The notes under the pieces: generated by a model
Told to the model about the DNA's origin: nothing
Databases searched by the model: none
What the model saw: the letters and a program-made list of their open reading frames with translations, nothing else
Part shown: one piece after another, positions 9,970 to 19,708 of the stretch
Layout: the number at the start of each line of letters is the position of its first letter
Numbering within the stretch: position 1 is the stretch's first letter
Assembly: GCA_017456055.1 (NCBI GenBank)
Contig: JAFTKC010000007.1
Span: forward strand, 4,412-68,411
DNA length: 64,000 bases
Source of the DNA: Clostridia bacterium
GTDB taxonomy: Bacteria; Bacillota; Clostridia; Christensenellales; Borkfalkiaceae
Direction: 5' to 3'
Made by a program: the position numbers and the translations under genes

Positions 9970-10038
9970 ATTTTCTATTACTCCATTTATTATTATATAC
10001 CACTAACTTTATTTTGTCAACATCTAATCTCTTTTATT

Positions 10039-10728
10039 TTACGCGGAATATTTTGCCATAATTTTAATTAGCGCCGATAATCCGTCGTTTAGTTGTTCTT
10101 TTATTAAAAGGTTGTCTTCTCCCCTTTCCTTTTGAATAATTGCGAACTCTAGGGCTAAAACTTGGTTTTTTTCCTTTTCGTTTAGCCCTTTTGAAAGGGT
10201 TTTTTCTATGGCTTTTTTCACCCCCGAAAAACTGAGTTCTTCCTCTTTTACTTGCTCTTTCTTAGGGACTATTCTCTCTTCTTTTTCATTAAGAAGTTTC
10301 TTAAAGTCGAATAGCACGCTTTTTTTCGGCTCTTCTATTAACTTTTCTAAAGGCGATTCATGTTTTTCTAAAATAATCTGCTCTTCGGCTTTTTTTATTA
10401 TCTCTTTTTGCTCGCTAGTTGCCACTACCTTTTTACTTCTTTTCTCTAACGCAAAGGGAATTGATAGAAAGCCTAAAAGAGATAGATTTATTAGTGGAAG
10501 CGACAATCCCAATTCCCCTACATCGCATAACGCTGACTCTAGCCCGATTAAACTTATTAAAAAAATAAAGTGAGCAAGCATTTGCCCTTTTTTTAAGCCC
10601 ACTTTAGACCTTAATATATAGTTTAAAATTGAGCCGATAAGTATAAATAATAAAACTACTAAAAATACAATTCCTAAATCAATTTTCTCTAAAAATGAAA
10701 GTATAAACCCATAAATATTTTTATTCAT
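10039..10728 (-). CDS. hypothetical membrane protein: N-terminal TM helices plus a Lys/Glu-rich cytoplasmic region
   Basis: ORF with an AGAGGA SD. Hydrophobic for the first 95 aa or so, then charged and probably coiled-coil. No family recognised. Confidence 0.5.
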   Translation of the reverse strand: MNKNIYGFILSFLEKIDLGIVFLVVLLFILIGSILNYILRSKVGLKKGQMLAHFIFLISLIGLESALCDVGELGLSLPLINLSLLGFLSIPFALEKRSKKVVATSEQKEIIKKAEEQIILEKHESPLEKLIEEPKKSVLFDFKKLLNEKEERIVPKKEQVKEEELSFSGVKKAIEKTLSKGLNEKEKNQVLALEFAIIQKERGEDNLLIKEQLNDGLSALIKIMAKYSA

Positions 10729-10809
10729 AAAAAATCCTCTTGCCTATTTTATCAAAGTAAACTCTAAAAAATTAGCAAAAGGATAAATTATTTTGTCTTA
10801 AATTGTTGA

Positions 10810-13800
10810 CTACAGTTCTACGCACTCACCCGTTAAAATATTAACTAAAATTTTCTTTTTTACCTTTAGTTTAAGCACCTTTTCTACGGCCAAAGCGTAG
10901 AGTTCTAGTTGAAGCGAATATTTTTCTTTAAGAGAACTGCTAGTCATAGTTGAATATTTATAGTCGATAATGCTAGCGCAATCTTGCTCTACTGCCAAAA
11001 GGTCGATTACCCCTTGAACTAACACTTGTTCATCTTGATTTTTGTAAATTTTACTAGCGTCAACCTTGGCAATAAAAGGTTGCTCTCTATAAAGAGTTTT
11101 TCCTTTTAGATAGGGCGCAAAGCCCATAACTGCGTTCTCTAGCCTTAGCAAATCTAGCATATTTACTTCTTCTCTAGAGAGAATTTTGTTTTCAATCATA
11201 TCTTCCACCTGAGAAGTGAAGTTTCCCTCTAAAACACTATCAAAATTAAGGTTTTCTAGTATTTTATGGGCGGAAGTGCCTAATTCTGCGCTAGATTGTC
11301 CTAAAAATTCTACGTTGTATTCATAAACCTTTTCGCTCTCGTCAAGCGCGCCGGTCACCGAGCACTTTATTGGAAGAACGGTGCTTGCTTCAAACGGATA
11401 GGTAAACTCGATGCTTTCTCTTATTTCGCTGGTCGTTTCTTGGTCGGCTTTAGAAATTAAAACCTTTCTAGGCTCTCTTAAATCCACTTGCCTATCTAGT
11501 TCTTCTCTCTCTACTTCCACGGCGTCTAAACTCTTTGGAATATAGTCGCTAAACTTATAAGCCCCCCTAAACACGTCCTTTCTAACGTCGCCCTTTGCTT
11601 CTAAGGTGACGTGCATTGAATACGACGCCCTCGTTAACGCTACGTATAATAGCCTTAAGTCTTCTTTTATTCGCTCGACTCTAAGTTTTTCCTTGAAAAC
11701 GCCCCTATAAATATTTTCTTCCACTTCTTTATCTTGGTCGTTGTAGGTTTTTGGAGCAAGACCTAATTGTAAATCTTTTAGCACCTCTTCGTATTGACTA
11801 ATCTTGTTGCTAGCCTTTTCTAACCCACACACGATAACTACCGGAAATTCTAGCCCTTTTGACGCGTGTATCGTCATTAAGCGAATACTATCTTCGTTTG
11901 CAGGTGGAGTCATCGTGAAAGTGTCGGGTGAATTTTGAATAAGTTCTAAAAATTCACTTACCGTGTAAAGTCTGTCCTTTGCTCCTATACTTAAAAATAA
12001 GTTTAGTCTAGCAAGTTTTTCTTCTACCTTTCCCTTTAAGATTATATAACTTTCAAAATTGCAATCGTCTATCGCCTTTTCTAAAATTCCACTTGCCCCC
12101 GTGAAGTCGGCTAAAAATCTTAAATCTTCAATATATTTGTCAAACTCAACTAGTTTTTCTTTTAAGGGTGATGGCGCTTTCTCTAAAGCGTAAAGGTAGG
12201 CAAGGAAAAATCTCGATTGCTTTCTATCAAAGTTTTCCGCCTGTCTATATAATAGGGCTATATCCATTAGTTCTTCTTCGCTAAAATTACCTATAGGGCT
12301 CTTCATAACCGAAACTAACGGAAAATCTTGGTCTTTGCAGTCGATAAGTCTAAGTAGGTTTATTAAAATTTCTATTTCGGGATATTCGCAAATATTTTCC
12401 GAAACTTTCGATGCTATCGGCACGCCTAATTTTAATAGGTCTTTAACTAGCGTATACACGTATTCGTTATCGCTATTTTTGTTTAGAATTACTAGATCCG
12501 AATAGGAAATTTTTCTAAACGTTTTTTCCTTTGCGTCGTAATAGGTTTTTCCTAGTTCTTCCCTAACGATTTTATCTATCAAAAGAGCAATATTTCCTAC
12601 GCTCTTATCGGCAAGCCCCGATAGGTCGTCTAAAAGATTATACACTTTGCTGTTAGGCTTTTCTTTTTTCTTTCTTCCCTCTTTTTCTAAAAGGTGAAGT
12701 TGCACTCTACCCGGCGCTTCTTCTACGTATACTCCACCAGGAACTAGCATGGCAGTTGATAGATAGTCCGTTCCGTAAATGCTTTCGGTCATGGAAAAAG
12801 AAAAAATCTCGTTTACCATATCTAAAACGGCTTTTGACGAACGGAAATTGTGGTTTAATCTAACCGTCGCTTGATTGGTCGCTTTATAGTGCTTTTCCTT
12901 TTCTAAAAAGATTTCAGGCATAGAGCCCCTAAAGCCGTATATGCTTTGCTTAACGTCTCCAACTACGAACAAATTATCCCTTGAAAGTCTACTAAACAAC
13001 TCTTCTTGAACGCCGTTTACGTCTTGATATTCGTCGGCAAAAATGTAGTCGTAGTTTTCGCTTATTATCTCTTTAGTTTGGGGATTAGATAAAATTTTTA
13101 ACGCGTAATGTTCTAAGTCGGAAAAATCTAGTAGGTTTTCTTCTAGTTTTTCTTCACTATAATTTTTTGTAAACTCTCTAACCACCTTAAATATGCACTC
13201 TAGGTGATATATAATATCCTTTGCTTTCCTTTCATCTTCAGTTGGGGTGGTTAAGTGTTTTATTACGTCTTGTATTATGGGCGAAATTTTTGCACAAAGC
13301 CCCTTTATCTCTTCTCTAACTTCCTTTTGCTCTTGAGATAAATTCCTGCCGAAAGAAAGAGAAATTTTAAGGTCTGCGTGCTCTTTTATAGCGTAAATAT
13401 CCTTATTTACTACGTCGCTAAACACTTCTAAAACTTGGTCTAGAATAACTATCGCTGAATCAAATTCTAATCGCTTAGACGCTTCGTATAACTCTTCAGC
13501 GTGTTCGTGTAGGGGTGATATTCTCTTTACTATCGCCTGTTTATAACTCTCTTTAATCGCGCTAAAATCCCTTTGATAAAAGCCGATGCACTCTTTTATA
13601 AACTCTTCAGGCTCTGCAGAGTTTTGTAAAAACTCGTAAATTTTTAAAACTAACGCCTTAAGATCTCTATCCGACCTGTATTTTCCGTGCCTAGTTAGTA
13701 GCATTAAAAAGTCTTTGTCCCCACTCTCGTAAAACTCTCTAAACGTCTTATCAATGCTCTCGCTCATTAATATTACTGCTTGTTTTTCGTCACAAATCTT

Positions 13801-14154
13801 AAAGTCGGGCGAAACTCCCGCTTCAAAGAAGTATTTTCTAACTAGCCTTGCACAAAAGGAGTCTATGGTGCAAACGTCTGCCGTTTCCACGTCTAAAAGT
13901 TCGTCGGTTAAATCTTCACCCTCGTTGATTTTTTTAACTATGGCCTTTTTGAGTTTTTCTTTCATTTCTGCCGCGGCAGATTCGGTAAAGGTCACACACA
14001 ATATGTTTTTAACGCTCGTCTTTTTCTCTATAATAAGCCTAATTAGCCTTTCAATCATAACGAAAGTCTTTCCACTTCCAGCAGAAGCAGATACCAAAAT
14101 ATTGCCTTTTTCGTGCTCTATTACCATTTGTTGTTCTTTTGTTAAACTAGGCAT
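10810..14154 (-). CDS. addA: ATP-dependent helicase/nuclease subunit A (AddA/RexA)
   Basis: UvrD-type helicase motifs (ASAGSGKT, DEYQD) and a C-terminal RecB-type nuclease region (DYKY). The ATG at 14154 follows GGGAGG and overlaps the end of addB by 8 nt. Confidence 0.9.
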   Translation of the reverse strand: MPSLTKEQQMVIEHEKGNILVSASAGSGKTFVMIERLIRLIIEKKTSVKNILCVTFTESAAAEMKEKLKKAIVKKINEGEDLTDELLDVETADVCTIDSFCARLVRKYFFEAGVSPDFKICDEKQAVILMSESIDKTFREFYESGDKDFLMLLTRHGKYRSDRDLKALVLKIYEFLQNSAEPEEFIKECIGFYQRDFSAIKESYKQAIVKRISPLHEHAEELYEASKRLEFDSAIVILDQVLEVFSDVVNKDIYAIKEHADLKISLSFGRNLSQEQKEVREEIKGLCAKISPIIQDVIKHLTTPTEDERKAKDIIYHLECIFKVVREFTKNYSEEKLEENLLDFSDLEHYALKILSNPQTKEIISENYDYIFADEYQDVNGVQEELFSRLSRDNLFVVGDVKQSIYGFRGSMPEIFLEKEKHYKATNQATVRLNHNFRSSKAVLDMVNEIFSFSMTESIYGTDYLSTAMLVPGGVYVEEAPGRVQLHLLEKEGRKKKEKPNSKVYNLLDDLSGLADKSVGNIALLIDKIVREELGKTYYDAKEKTFRKISYSDLVILNKNSDNEYVYTLVKDLLKLGVPIASKVSENICEYPEIEILINLLRLIDCKDQDFPLVSVMKSPIGNFSEEELMDIALLYRQAENFDRKQSRFFLAYLYALEKAPSPLKEKLVEFDKYIEDLRFLADFTGASGILEKAIDDCNFESYIILKGKVEEKLARLNLFLSIGAKDRLYTVSEFLELIQNSPDTFTMTPPANEDSIRLMTIHASKGLEFPVVIVCGLEKASNKISQYEEVLKDLQLGLAPKTYNDQDKEVEENIYRGVFKEKLRVERIKEDLRLLYVALTRASYSMHVTLEAKGDVRKDVFRGAYKFSDYIPKSLDAVEVEREELDRQVDLREPRKVLISKADQETTSEIRESIEFTYPFEASTVLPIKCSVTGALDESEKVYEYNVEFLGQSSAELGTSAHKILENLNFDSVLEGNFTSQVEDMIENKILSREEVNMLDLLRLENAVMGFAPYLKGKTLYREQPFIAKVDASKIYKNQDEQVLVQGVIDLLAVEQDCASIIDYKYSTMTSSSLKEKYSLQLELYALAVEKVLKLKVKKKILVNILTGECVEL

Positions 14155-17100
14155 TTTGGTCCTCCCCAAAAATCGCTAAAGTTATAACCGAATCGTCCAC
14201 TTCTTTTTTCTCTCTAACTAAACTTTGGTCGGTTAAACACATGCTCTTATACTTACAATACTTGCAAGCGCCGTCCATTGGCGAAGCTACGATTACGCCC
14301 TCTTTCATTTGCGAGAAAGCGTTTTCACACATTTGCTTTGCGTATTTTACGCACGCCGAAAGCGTTTGAGACGTGCTCGCCCCAACAAGTTTTTCCTTTT
14401 CTATTTTGATAGGCAAGAAATTCGACTCGCCCGTTTTATAAAAATCGCCGTCTTGAGAGCAAATAATCTTATCATCTAGTAGCGTTTTTCCCTTTAGGTA
14501 GGGCTCTCTCTTTTTGTCCTTTCCTATAAATTCGTCTTGCACGTCAAAATAATAAACGCCCGCTAAAATCTTATTTTCAACGGCTAGTGAATACAAGTAT
14601 AATTGAAGTTTAGTGCCGTAGTAAAGCGCCTCGTCACTCTCGTCTACCTTGCCCGTCTTATAGTCGATAATTCTATAAGCCTCTTCGTTTTCGTCTATTC
14701 TATCCACCTTGCCGTAAAGAGTGGTTTTTCCATCTCCCAAAAGCACGGAAAAACCCTTTTCTAAACCGTTTTCGGTAGGTTTAAGGGTTGAGCGACTGAC
14801 AAACTTAAAAGTGTTTAAGCAATGTTTTTCGCACTCTTTTAGGGCAAAATTTACCTGCGTTTTGGTTTGCGCGTCATTAAGATATCTACTATAAGTTTCC
14901 TTGCACAATACTTGCTCGGCGCACTCTAAAAATACTTGACGCGAAGCATTTTCATCGGTAATTTTACCTAAAGATTTAAGGTATAAATAGAAAATATCGT
15001 GCATAATATTGCCAATCTCTAAGCCACCTACTTTGCCCTCTTCTCTATCCTTTACGCCGAGCGCGTGGCTAACGAAGGCTTTATAAGGGCAAGCATAATA
15101 TTGTTCTAGGGTGGTTGGCGAGACGAAGTTATCGTGCAGTACGCTTCTATTATCAAGGAGCACCTTAAATTCACTATTAGCGCTATCTATAATCTTATCG
15201 AGTTTTTCTTTATCTGCAACTTGATAAAAGGAAGTCGCCTCTTCCAAATCGCCGTTTTTCCACTCGACGAATTTAGAAATTGAAAGAGAGAAACTCTTTA
15301 CACCTTGTTTTTTCGTCACGTAGTTAGAAGTCTTTTCAAACTCAAGCAAAGTAAAATTTTTCTCAAAAAAACTAACTACTTGGCTTTTTTCCTTTCTCTC
15401 ACCACTAGTTGAGTTAACGGGATAAGATAGATATAATTTATCGGTAAACGCACTTACCCCCAATGCAACTTCTTCTCTAGAGCGATGGTTTACAATCTTA
15501 ATTTTCGGCTCTATAAACACCTTTAAGGTGTAGAGCCTATCTATTTCGTTATCCGAAAGTAGCGTCACGTCTTCTTTAATTTTTGGTACAGAAGAGTTTA
15601 GCCCTAAAACGAATAGATTTTTGGCTTTTTTATATGCGCATTGTTTAAAGTCGCCCACAAAAACTGCGTCGCTATACTGTGGAATTATGGATAGTTTCAT
15701 TGCCGAAACTCCACTTTGGAAGAGATTTTTATATTCTCTATAAGTCACTTGCCCGCTTAAAACTAACTTAATTTCACGAATAATCTCGATAGTTTTACGA
15801 TAAATTTGCTCGGTGACTGCGCCTTGCTCTCTAAACGAATATTCGTTTAACTTCTTTGAAAGAGCGATAAGTTTATTTTCTACATCTTCCGTTAAGAGTA
15901 AATTCTCTACGTCAAAACTAGAAAAGCAAGACTCTAACTTTTGCCTTAAATCTTCGATTTTTTCTAGGTTAGAACCTAAACTTGCCGACAACGTAAAAGG
16001 ACGCTTAAACTGAGAATAGTTTAAGTTATATTTATAGGCGTAATTTATAAACTGGTCAACTAAGCCCTTATCTTCACAAAACAAGGGATTTTTAACAAAG
16101 GAAAATACTGCTTCCCTTTGGAAATTTTTAACAAAAACCTCTAAATAGGATTGAATAAACTTTATTAGCGGGTGATTTTCCACCTTATAATCGGTGTCGA
16201 TATATACGGGTAAATCAAAGAGTGAAAAAGCCTTTCTTAAAGTCACCTTATCATAGTTTTCGGGCATAACAACGGTAAAATCTCTAAATCTCTTGCCACG
16301 CCTAACTTCAGTCGCAATTATACTTGCAATCTTTTCGCACTCGTCCAACTCGTCCTTTGCTTGATATAGGTGAATTTTTTCCGTTTTAATTTTATCATCA
16401 CTTTCTTTTTGTGGACAGAAAAGGTTTTCTATTATAAATTGCCCTTCTAGATTGTCGGGGGACTCTATATACTCTTCACTAACTTCAACGTTTAGCCTAT
16501 TTGCGAGGTCACGAAGTTTGGTCGCCGTTTCGTTGACAAAAGCAAACTTGTTTTTTCCATACGGCAAAATTGCCGTGAAATTTTTGCCCTTTTCTATGAG
16601 TTTTTCTATTCCGTCAAGATTTTGACAAGTTAAACGCGAAAAGCCCGCAACAAACACGTTGGTCTTTTTAATTTGCTCATTTGATTCAATAATTTTTGGA
16701 AAAATAGAAAGGGTAGTACTTTGGTCTTCTAAGCAGTTAGTTTTTAAGTATTCGTCGTATGCGCTAAATATTTTCGCTAAATCTAAAAGTTTATCCTTTA
16801 ATATTCCCTTTGTTTGAGTGGCTGCATATTCTAAGTCGTAAACGGTTATACCAGCGCTCTTTAGTGCAGAGATTTGCTCGTATACGGCAGGCGCAATTTC
16901 CTTGCCACGATTTAGAACACATAGTGGAAGCCCCTTAATGACCTTTTTAACCACCATTGTAGAGCCTTCTTTAGATAAGAGATTGCTTTGCTTAGAATAG
17001 GCGCGCGTATAGTTGCCAAACGAATATACTTTGGTGTTAAAACTTCCACCCATAGAGTCGGCAATCATACCTTCAATCATTAAAGATGCCTTGTCTTCAC

Positions 17101-17203
17101 AAAAAACCAAGTTCTCTTTTATAAAATCTTGCTCTTTTTTGAGTTCCTCTATTAGAATATTAAAGATATTATAGTAGGAATTTGTTAAAATTATTTTTAC
17201 CAT
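14147..17203 (-). CDS. addB: helicase/nuclease subunit B (AddB/RexB type)
   Basis: 1018 aa, upstream of and overlapping addA. C-terminal nuclease/Fe-S region with cysteines (YYACPYKAF ... GACKYCKYKSMC). There is no N-terminal GSGKT P-loop, which makes it RexB-like. Confidence 0.85.
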   Translation of the reverse strand: MVKIILTNSYYNIFNILIEELKKEQDFIKENLVFCEDKASLMIEGMIADSMGGSFNTKVYSFGNYTRAYSKQSNLLSKEGSTMVVKKVIKGLPLCVLNRGKEIAPAVYEQISALKSAGITVYDLEYAATQTKGILKDKLLDLAKIFSAYDEYLKTNCLEDQSTTLSIFPKIIESNEQIKKTNVFVAGFSRLTCQNLDGIEKLIEKGKNFTAILPYGKNKFAFVNETATKLRDLANRLNVEVSEEYIESPDNLEGQFIIENLFCPQKESDDKIKTEKIHLYQAKDELDECEKIASIIATEVRRGKRFRDFTVVMPENYDKVTLRKAFSLFDLPVYIDTDYKVENHPLIKFIQSYLEVFVKNFQREAVFSFVKNPLFCEDKGLVDQFINYAYKYNLNYSQFKRPFTLSASLGSNLEKIEDLRQKLESCFSSFDVENLLLTEDVENKLIALSKKLNEYSFREQGAVTEQIYRKTIEIIREIKLVLSGQVTYREYKNLFQSGVSAMKLSIIPQYSDAVFVGDFKQCAYKKAKNLFVLGLNSSVPKIKEDVTLLSDNEIDRLYTLKVFIEPKIKIVNHRSREEVALGVSAFTDKLYLSYPVNSTSGERKEKSQVVSFFEKNFTLLEFEKTSNYVTKKQGVKSFSLSISKFVEWKNGDLEEATSFYQVADKEKLDKIIDSANSEFKVLLDNRSVLHDNFVSPTTLEQYYACPYKAFVSHALGVKDREEGKVGGLEIGNIMHDIFYLYLKSLGKITDENASRQVFLECAEQVLCKETYSRYLNDAQTKTQVNFALKECEKHCLNTFKFVSRSTLKPTENGLEKGFSVLLGDGKTTLYGKVDRIDENEEAYRIIDYKTGKVDESDEALYYGTKLQLYLYSLAVENKILAGVYYFDVQDEFIGKDKKREPYLKGKTLLDDKIICSQDGDFYKTGESNFLPIKIEKEKLVGASTSQTLSACVKYAKQMCENAFSQMKEGVIVASPMDGACKYCKYKSMCLTDQSLVREKKEVDDSVITLAIFGEDQNA

Positions 17204-17209
17204 GCTCTC

Positions 17210-17218
17210 ATTATAACA
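17210..17218 (-). promoter_or_regulatory. extended -10 (TGtTATAAT) located 6 nt upstream of the addB ATG; leaderless configuration
   Basis: The reverse strand reads TGTTATAAT-GAGAGC-ATG, with no convincing SD. Confidence 0.5.
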
Positions 17219-17267
17219 TATTTATAAGGCGATTTATAGGCTATTTTAAAAAAACTTTATTTATAAT

Positions 17268-17296
17268 TTTACAAAAGTTTTATTTTATGGTAATAT
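17268..17296 (+). promoter_or_regulatory. promoter of the 17331 lipoprotein gene (TTTACA, 17 nt spacer, TGgTAATAT)
   Basis: Hexamers and spacing were read directly from the sequence. Confidence 0.55.
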
Positions 17297-17330
17297 ATTT
17301 AATACAATAGACAATAAAGGACGCTAAAAA

Positions 17331-18413
17331 ATGAAAAAGAAATTTTTTACATTACTTTCTTTAGTGCTTTCGGCGGCGTTTTCACTATCAGGTTGTAATA
17401 TGTACCTTGAACTCTCGGTAAACAACGCTTGGTGTGGAGAAAAAGACCCCACTACAGGCTATGTTGAAGAACTAACCTACTCGGTAGACTTCGACAATTC
17501 GCTTATGGACGAGGGAATTAAAAACGACCCTGACGTTAGCGTAGAGATAGGCACGGGAACTTACGTTTCTACCTTGGAAGTGCTAAGTGGTTTTCCAAGC
17601 ACGGCATCAATTAGTGGAAATGAAATTAAGAGCGATATTATCGACGGGCTAAACGCAAACGAGAAGCAAGCATATCACCTAACCACAACCCTTACTATCC
17701 CCGTTAAATATTCTTACCCTTGGTTAGATGAAGAAAATAAAGAAATAACTAAGGAGTTTGAACAAGTTGACGTTATAGAGAGTGAAATTTATTTTTGCAA
17801 TAGACAACTTTCCTACGCACCCGTTTATTCTTATCAAAAGGCAAACTACACCGTGCTAAACTACGGCACGAACATTAAACTTCCAAGAGTATATCAAACC
17901 TTAAGCGAAGTTTCTTATAATAAATCTAACTACACGGTTAACTACTCTTACGGAAAAGAAGAAGGCAAAGAAGGCTACGCAGTTAATAACAAAACTACTA
18001 ATAAATACACCTTTAAGACTATAACCGACAACGCAATGCTATTCTTTATGATAAGGAACTCGGTTATTGAAAAGGATAACACTATCGGTATTCCAACGGT
18101 TAGCGCAAACTATCAAAAGGACGAACTTCTTGCAGTAGGAAATGCAAATACCCAAGAGTTTGAAGTAAATATAAATTCCAACCTCGGCGATATAGTCGGC
18201 AAGATGGCAGTTAATGAAATTAGATTTGCCCTAAACGATCAAAGTACATCCGGTACTACTCAAAAAGTATTTATTCAAAACAAAGTGGAAAATTCCACCA
18301 TGCCGTATAAATCGCTTATGATTAGATATGAAGAGCCACTTGTAGCATACGGAGCATACGTTCCACTAGGAAAATTGATTTATACTCTAGTTGAAGCAAA
18401 CTTCACCGAATAA
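17331..18413 (+). CDS. hypothetical lipoprotein
   Basis: Signal peptide with lipobox FSLSGC and an AAAGGA SD. No family recognised. Confidence 0.6.
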   Translation: MKKKFFTLLSLVLSAAFSLSGCNMYLELSVNNAWCGEKDPTTGYVEELTYSVDFDNSLMDEGIKNDPDVSVEIGTGTYVSTLEVLSGFPSTASISGNEIKSDIIDGLNANEKQAYHLTTTLTIPVKYSYPWLDEENKEITKEFEQVDVIESEIYFCNRQLSYAPVYSYQKANYTVLNYGTNIKLPRVYQTLSEVSYNKSNYTVNYSYGKEEGKEGYAVNNKTTNKYTFKTITDNAMLFFMIRNSVIEKDNTIGIPTVSANYQKDELLAVGNANTQEFEVNINSNLGDIVGKMAVNEIRFALNDQSTSGTTQKVFIQNKVENSTMPYKSLMIRYEEPLVAYGAYVPLGKLIYTLVEANFTE

Positions 18414-18427
18414 AAAATTTGAAAATA

Positions 18428-18466
18428 AAAAATCCTTGACAACTCGTCAAGGATTTATTTTTTTAT
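18428..18466. terminator. bidirectional terminator between convergent lipoprotein genes
   Basis: AATCCTTGAC/GTCAAGGATT stem with flanking A- and T-runs. Confidence 0.75.
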
Positions 18467-18471
18467 TTATC

Positions 18472-19542
18472 TTACGCTTTTGCGCCCCAAAGATTTACTA
18501 AATCTTGTGACCAATCTAGTTTATCGCAATCTCTAAACGCCCAAACTCCTAAGGCTGGAGTGCCGGTCACTTGGCTAACGTCTACAACTGAAAGGTTAGC
18601 ACAATTATAAAATGCGTATGCTCCCACGCTTTCAAGAGCGCCTGCCAAAGTGATTTTATTTAGAACAGAATTTGCAAAGCAGTAATTTCCAATTTTCTTT
18701 ACGCTTGCAGGAATAACCATTTCAGCAATTTTACTTCCGTCAAATGCGTTTTCTTTGATTTCAACTAAGGTTGAGTTAGCGTCGAACTTAAAGCCGTCGT
18801 CTAACATTTCGCAACCAACGAACGCACCCTTATAAATTGTTTTAACAGTTGCAGGAACGTTTACACTAACTAAATCTCTACAATTTTGGAAAGCGTATTC
18901 GCCAATTTCGGTGATGTTTCCAGATAGAGTGATTTTTTCCACCAAGCCTACTCCTGAGAAAGCGTACATTGGAATATTGTATTCGCCCTTAGGTGCGATA
19001 ACTACTTCCTCTAAATTAGATGGGATATAGTAAGTTGCCGTGCCTGAGCCGTAGCCTGCGGTGATTTGTTCGCCGTAAGAATATTCTTCCGTACCGAAGA
19101 TATAAGCAAAATTTCTCTTAGCGTCTATAGACTTATCTTCAGCCTCGTCCTTTTGGTTTTGATAAGAGTCTGCAACTGCAGTCATACCAACGAAAGGAAG
19201 AGTGATTTTCTTGAGTTTCTTCATTTTTGCAAATGCGCCTGCTTGAATTTCAGTCACCGTGTCTGGAACTACGATTTCTACTAAAGTATCGTTTCCGTCA
19301 AATGCGTTTAGCGCAATTCTACCAACTTCCTTTTCACCTGCTACTGCGCCGATATCAAGAGTGGTTTTGCCTAAGCCTTCGTCCACGTATCCGTAAACGG
19401 TGTAAAAATCTTCGCCTGCATATTTTTTTAGTAGCAAGCCCTTGTCCCCTGCTTCTCCACCTTCGTCACCACAAGCAACTAGTGAAAATGCAACGGTTAG
19501 AGCAAGCATCATTGCTATTAATACCTTTATAATTTTCTTCAT
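18472..19542 (-). CDS. leucine-rich-repeat (BspA-like) lipoprotein
   Basis: Lipobox FSLVAC. Repeated units of the form I.IP.SV..IG..AF..C..L are typical of the BspA-type LRR family. Confidence 0.7.
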   Translation of the reverse strand: MKKIIKVLIAMMLALTVAFSLVACGDEGGEAGDKGLLLKKYAGEDFYTVYGYVDEGLGKTTLDIGAVAGEKEVGRIALNAFDGNDTLVEIVVPDTVTEIQAGAFAKMKKLKKITLPFVGMTAVADSYQNQKDEAEDKSIDAKRNFAYIFGTEEYSYGEQITAGYGSGTATYYIPSNLEEVVIAPKGEYNIPMYAFSGVGLVEKITLSGNITEIGEYAFQNCRDLVSVNVPATVKTIYKGAFVGCEMLDDGFKFDANSTLVEIKENAFDGSKIAEMVIPASVKKIGNYCFANSVLNKITLAGALESVGAYAFYNCANLSVVDVSQVTGTPALGVWAFRDCDKLDWSQDLVNLWGAKA

Positions 19543-19572
19543 ACATACCCTCGTGTATTATTATACTTATTT

Positions 19573-19601
19573 AGTTTAACATTAATATTCCCTTTTGTCA
19601 A
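19573..19601 (-). promoter_or_regulatory. promoter of the LRR lipoprotein gene (TTGACA, 17 nt spacer, TGtTAAACT)
   Basis: Read directly from the reverse strand. Confidence 0.55.
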
Positions 19602-19650
19602 TTAATAATTTTTATTAGCCGAAAGTTTCGCTTACTTTTTTTAAAATTTA

Positions 19651-19690
19651 AGCGGAATAGCACTAAAAAACTGCTATTCCGCTTTTATTT
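19651..19690. terminator. rho-independent terminator after the M1 peptidase gene
   Basis: AGCGGAATAGC/GCTATTCCGCT stem followed by a T-run. Confidence 0.75.
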
Positions 19691-19708
19691 TCTATTGATT
19701 TTACCTTT

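Noticed and set aside
10039-10728. The membrane protein upstream of the BY-kinase cluster, considered as the missing kinase modulator.
   Set aside because: The topology does not match the two-TM, large-outer-loop Wzz/CpsC design: it has several N-terminal helices followed by a long charged cytoplasmic region. It is also separated from the kinase by another gene and a terminator.
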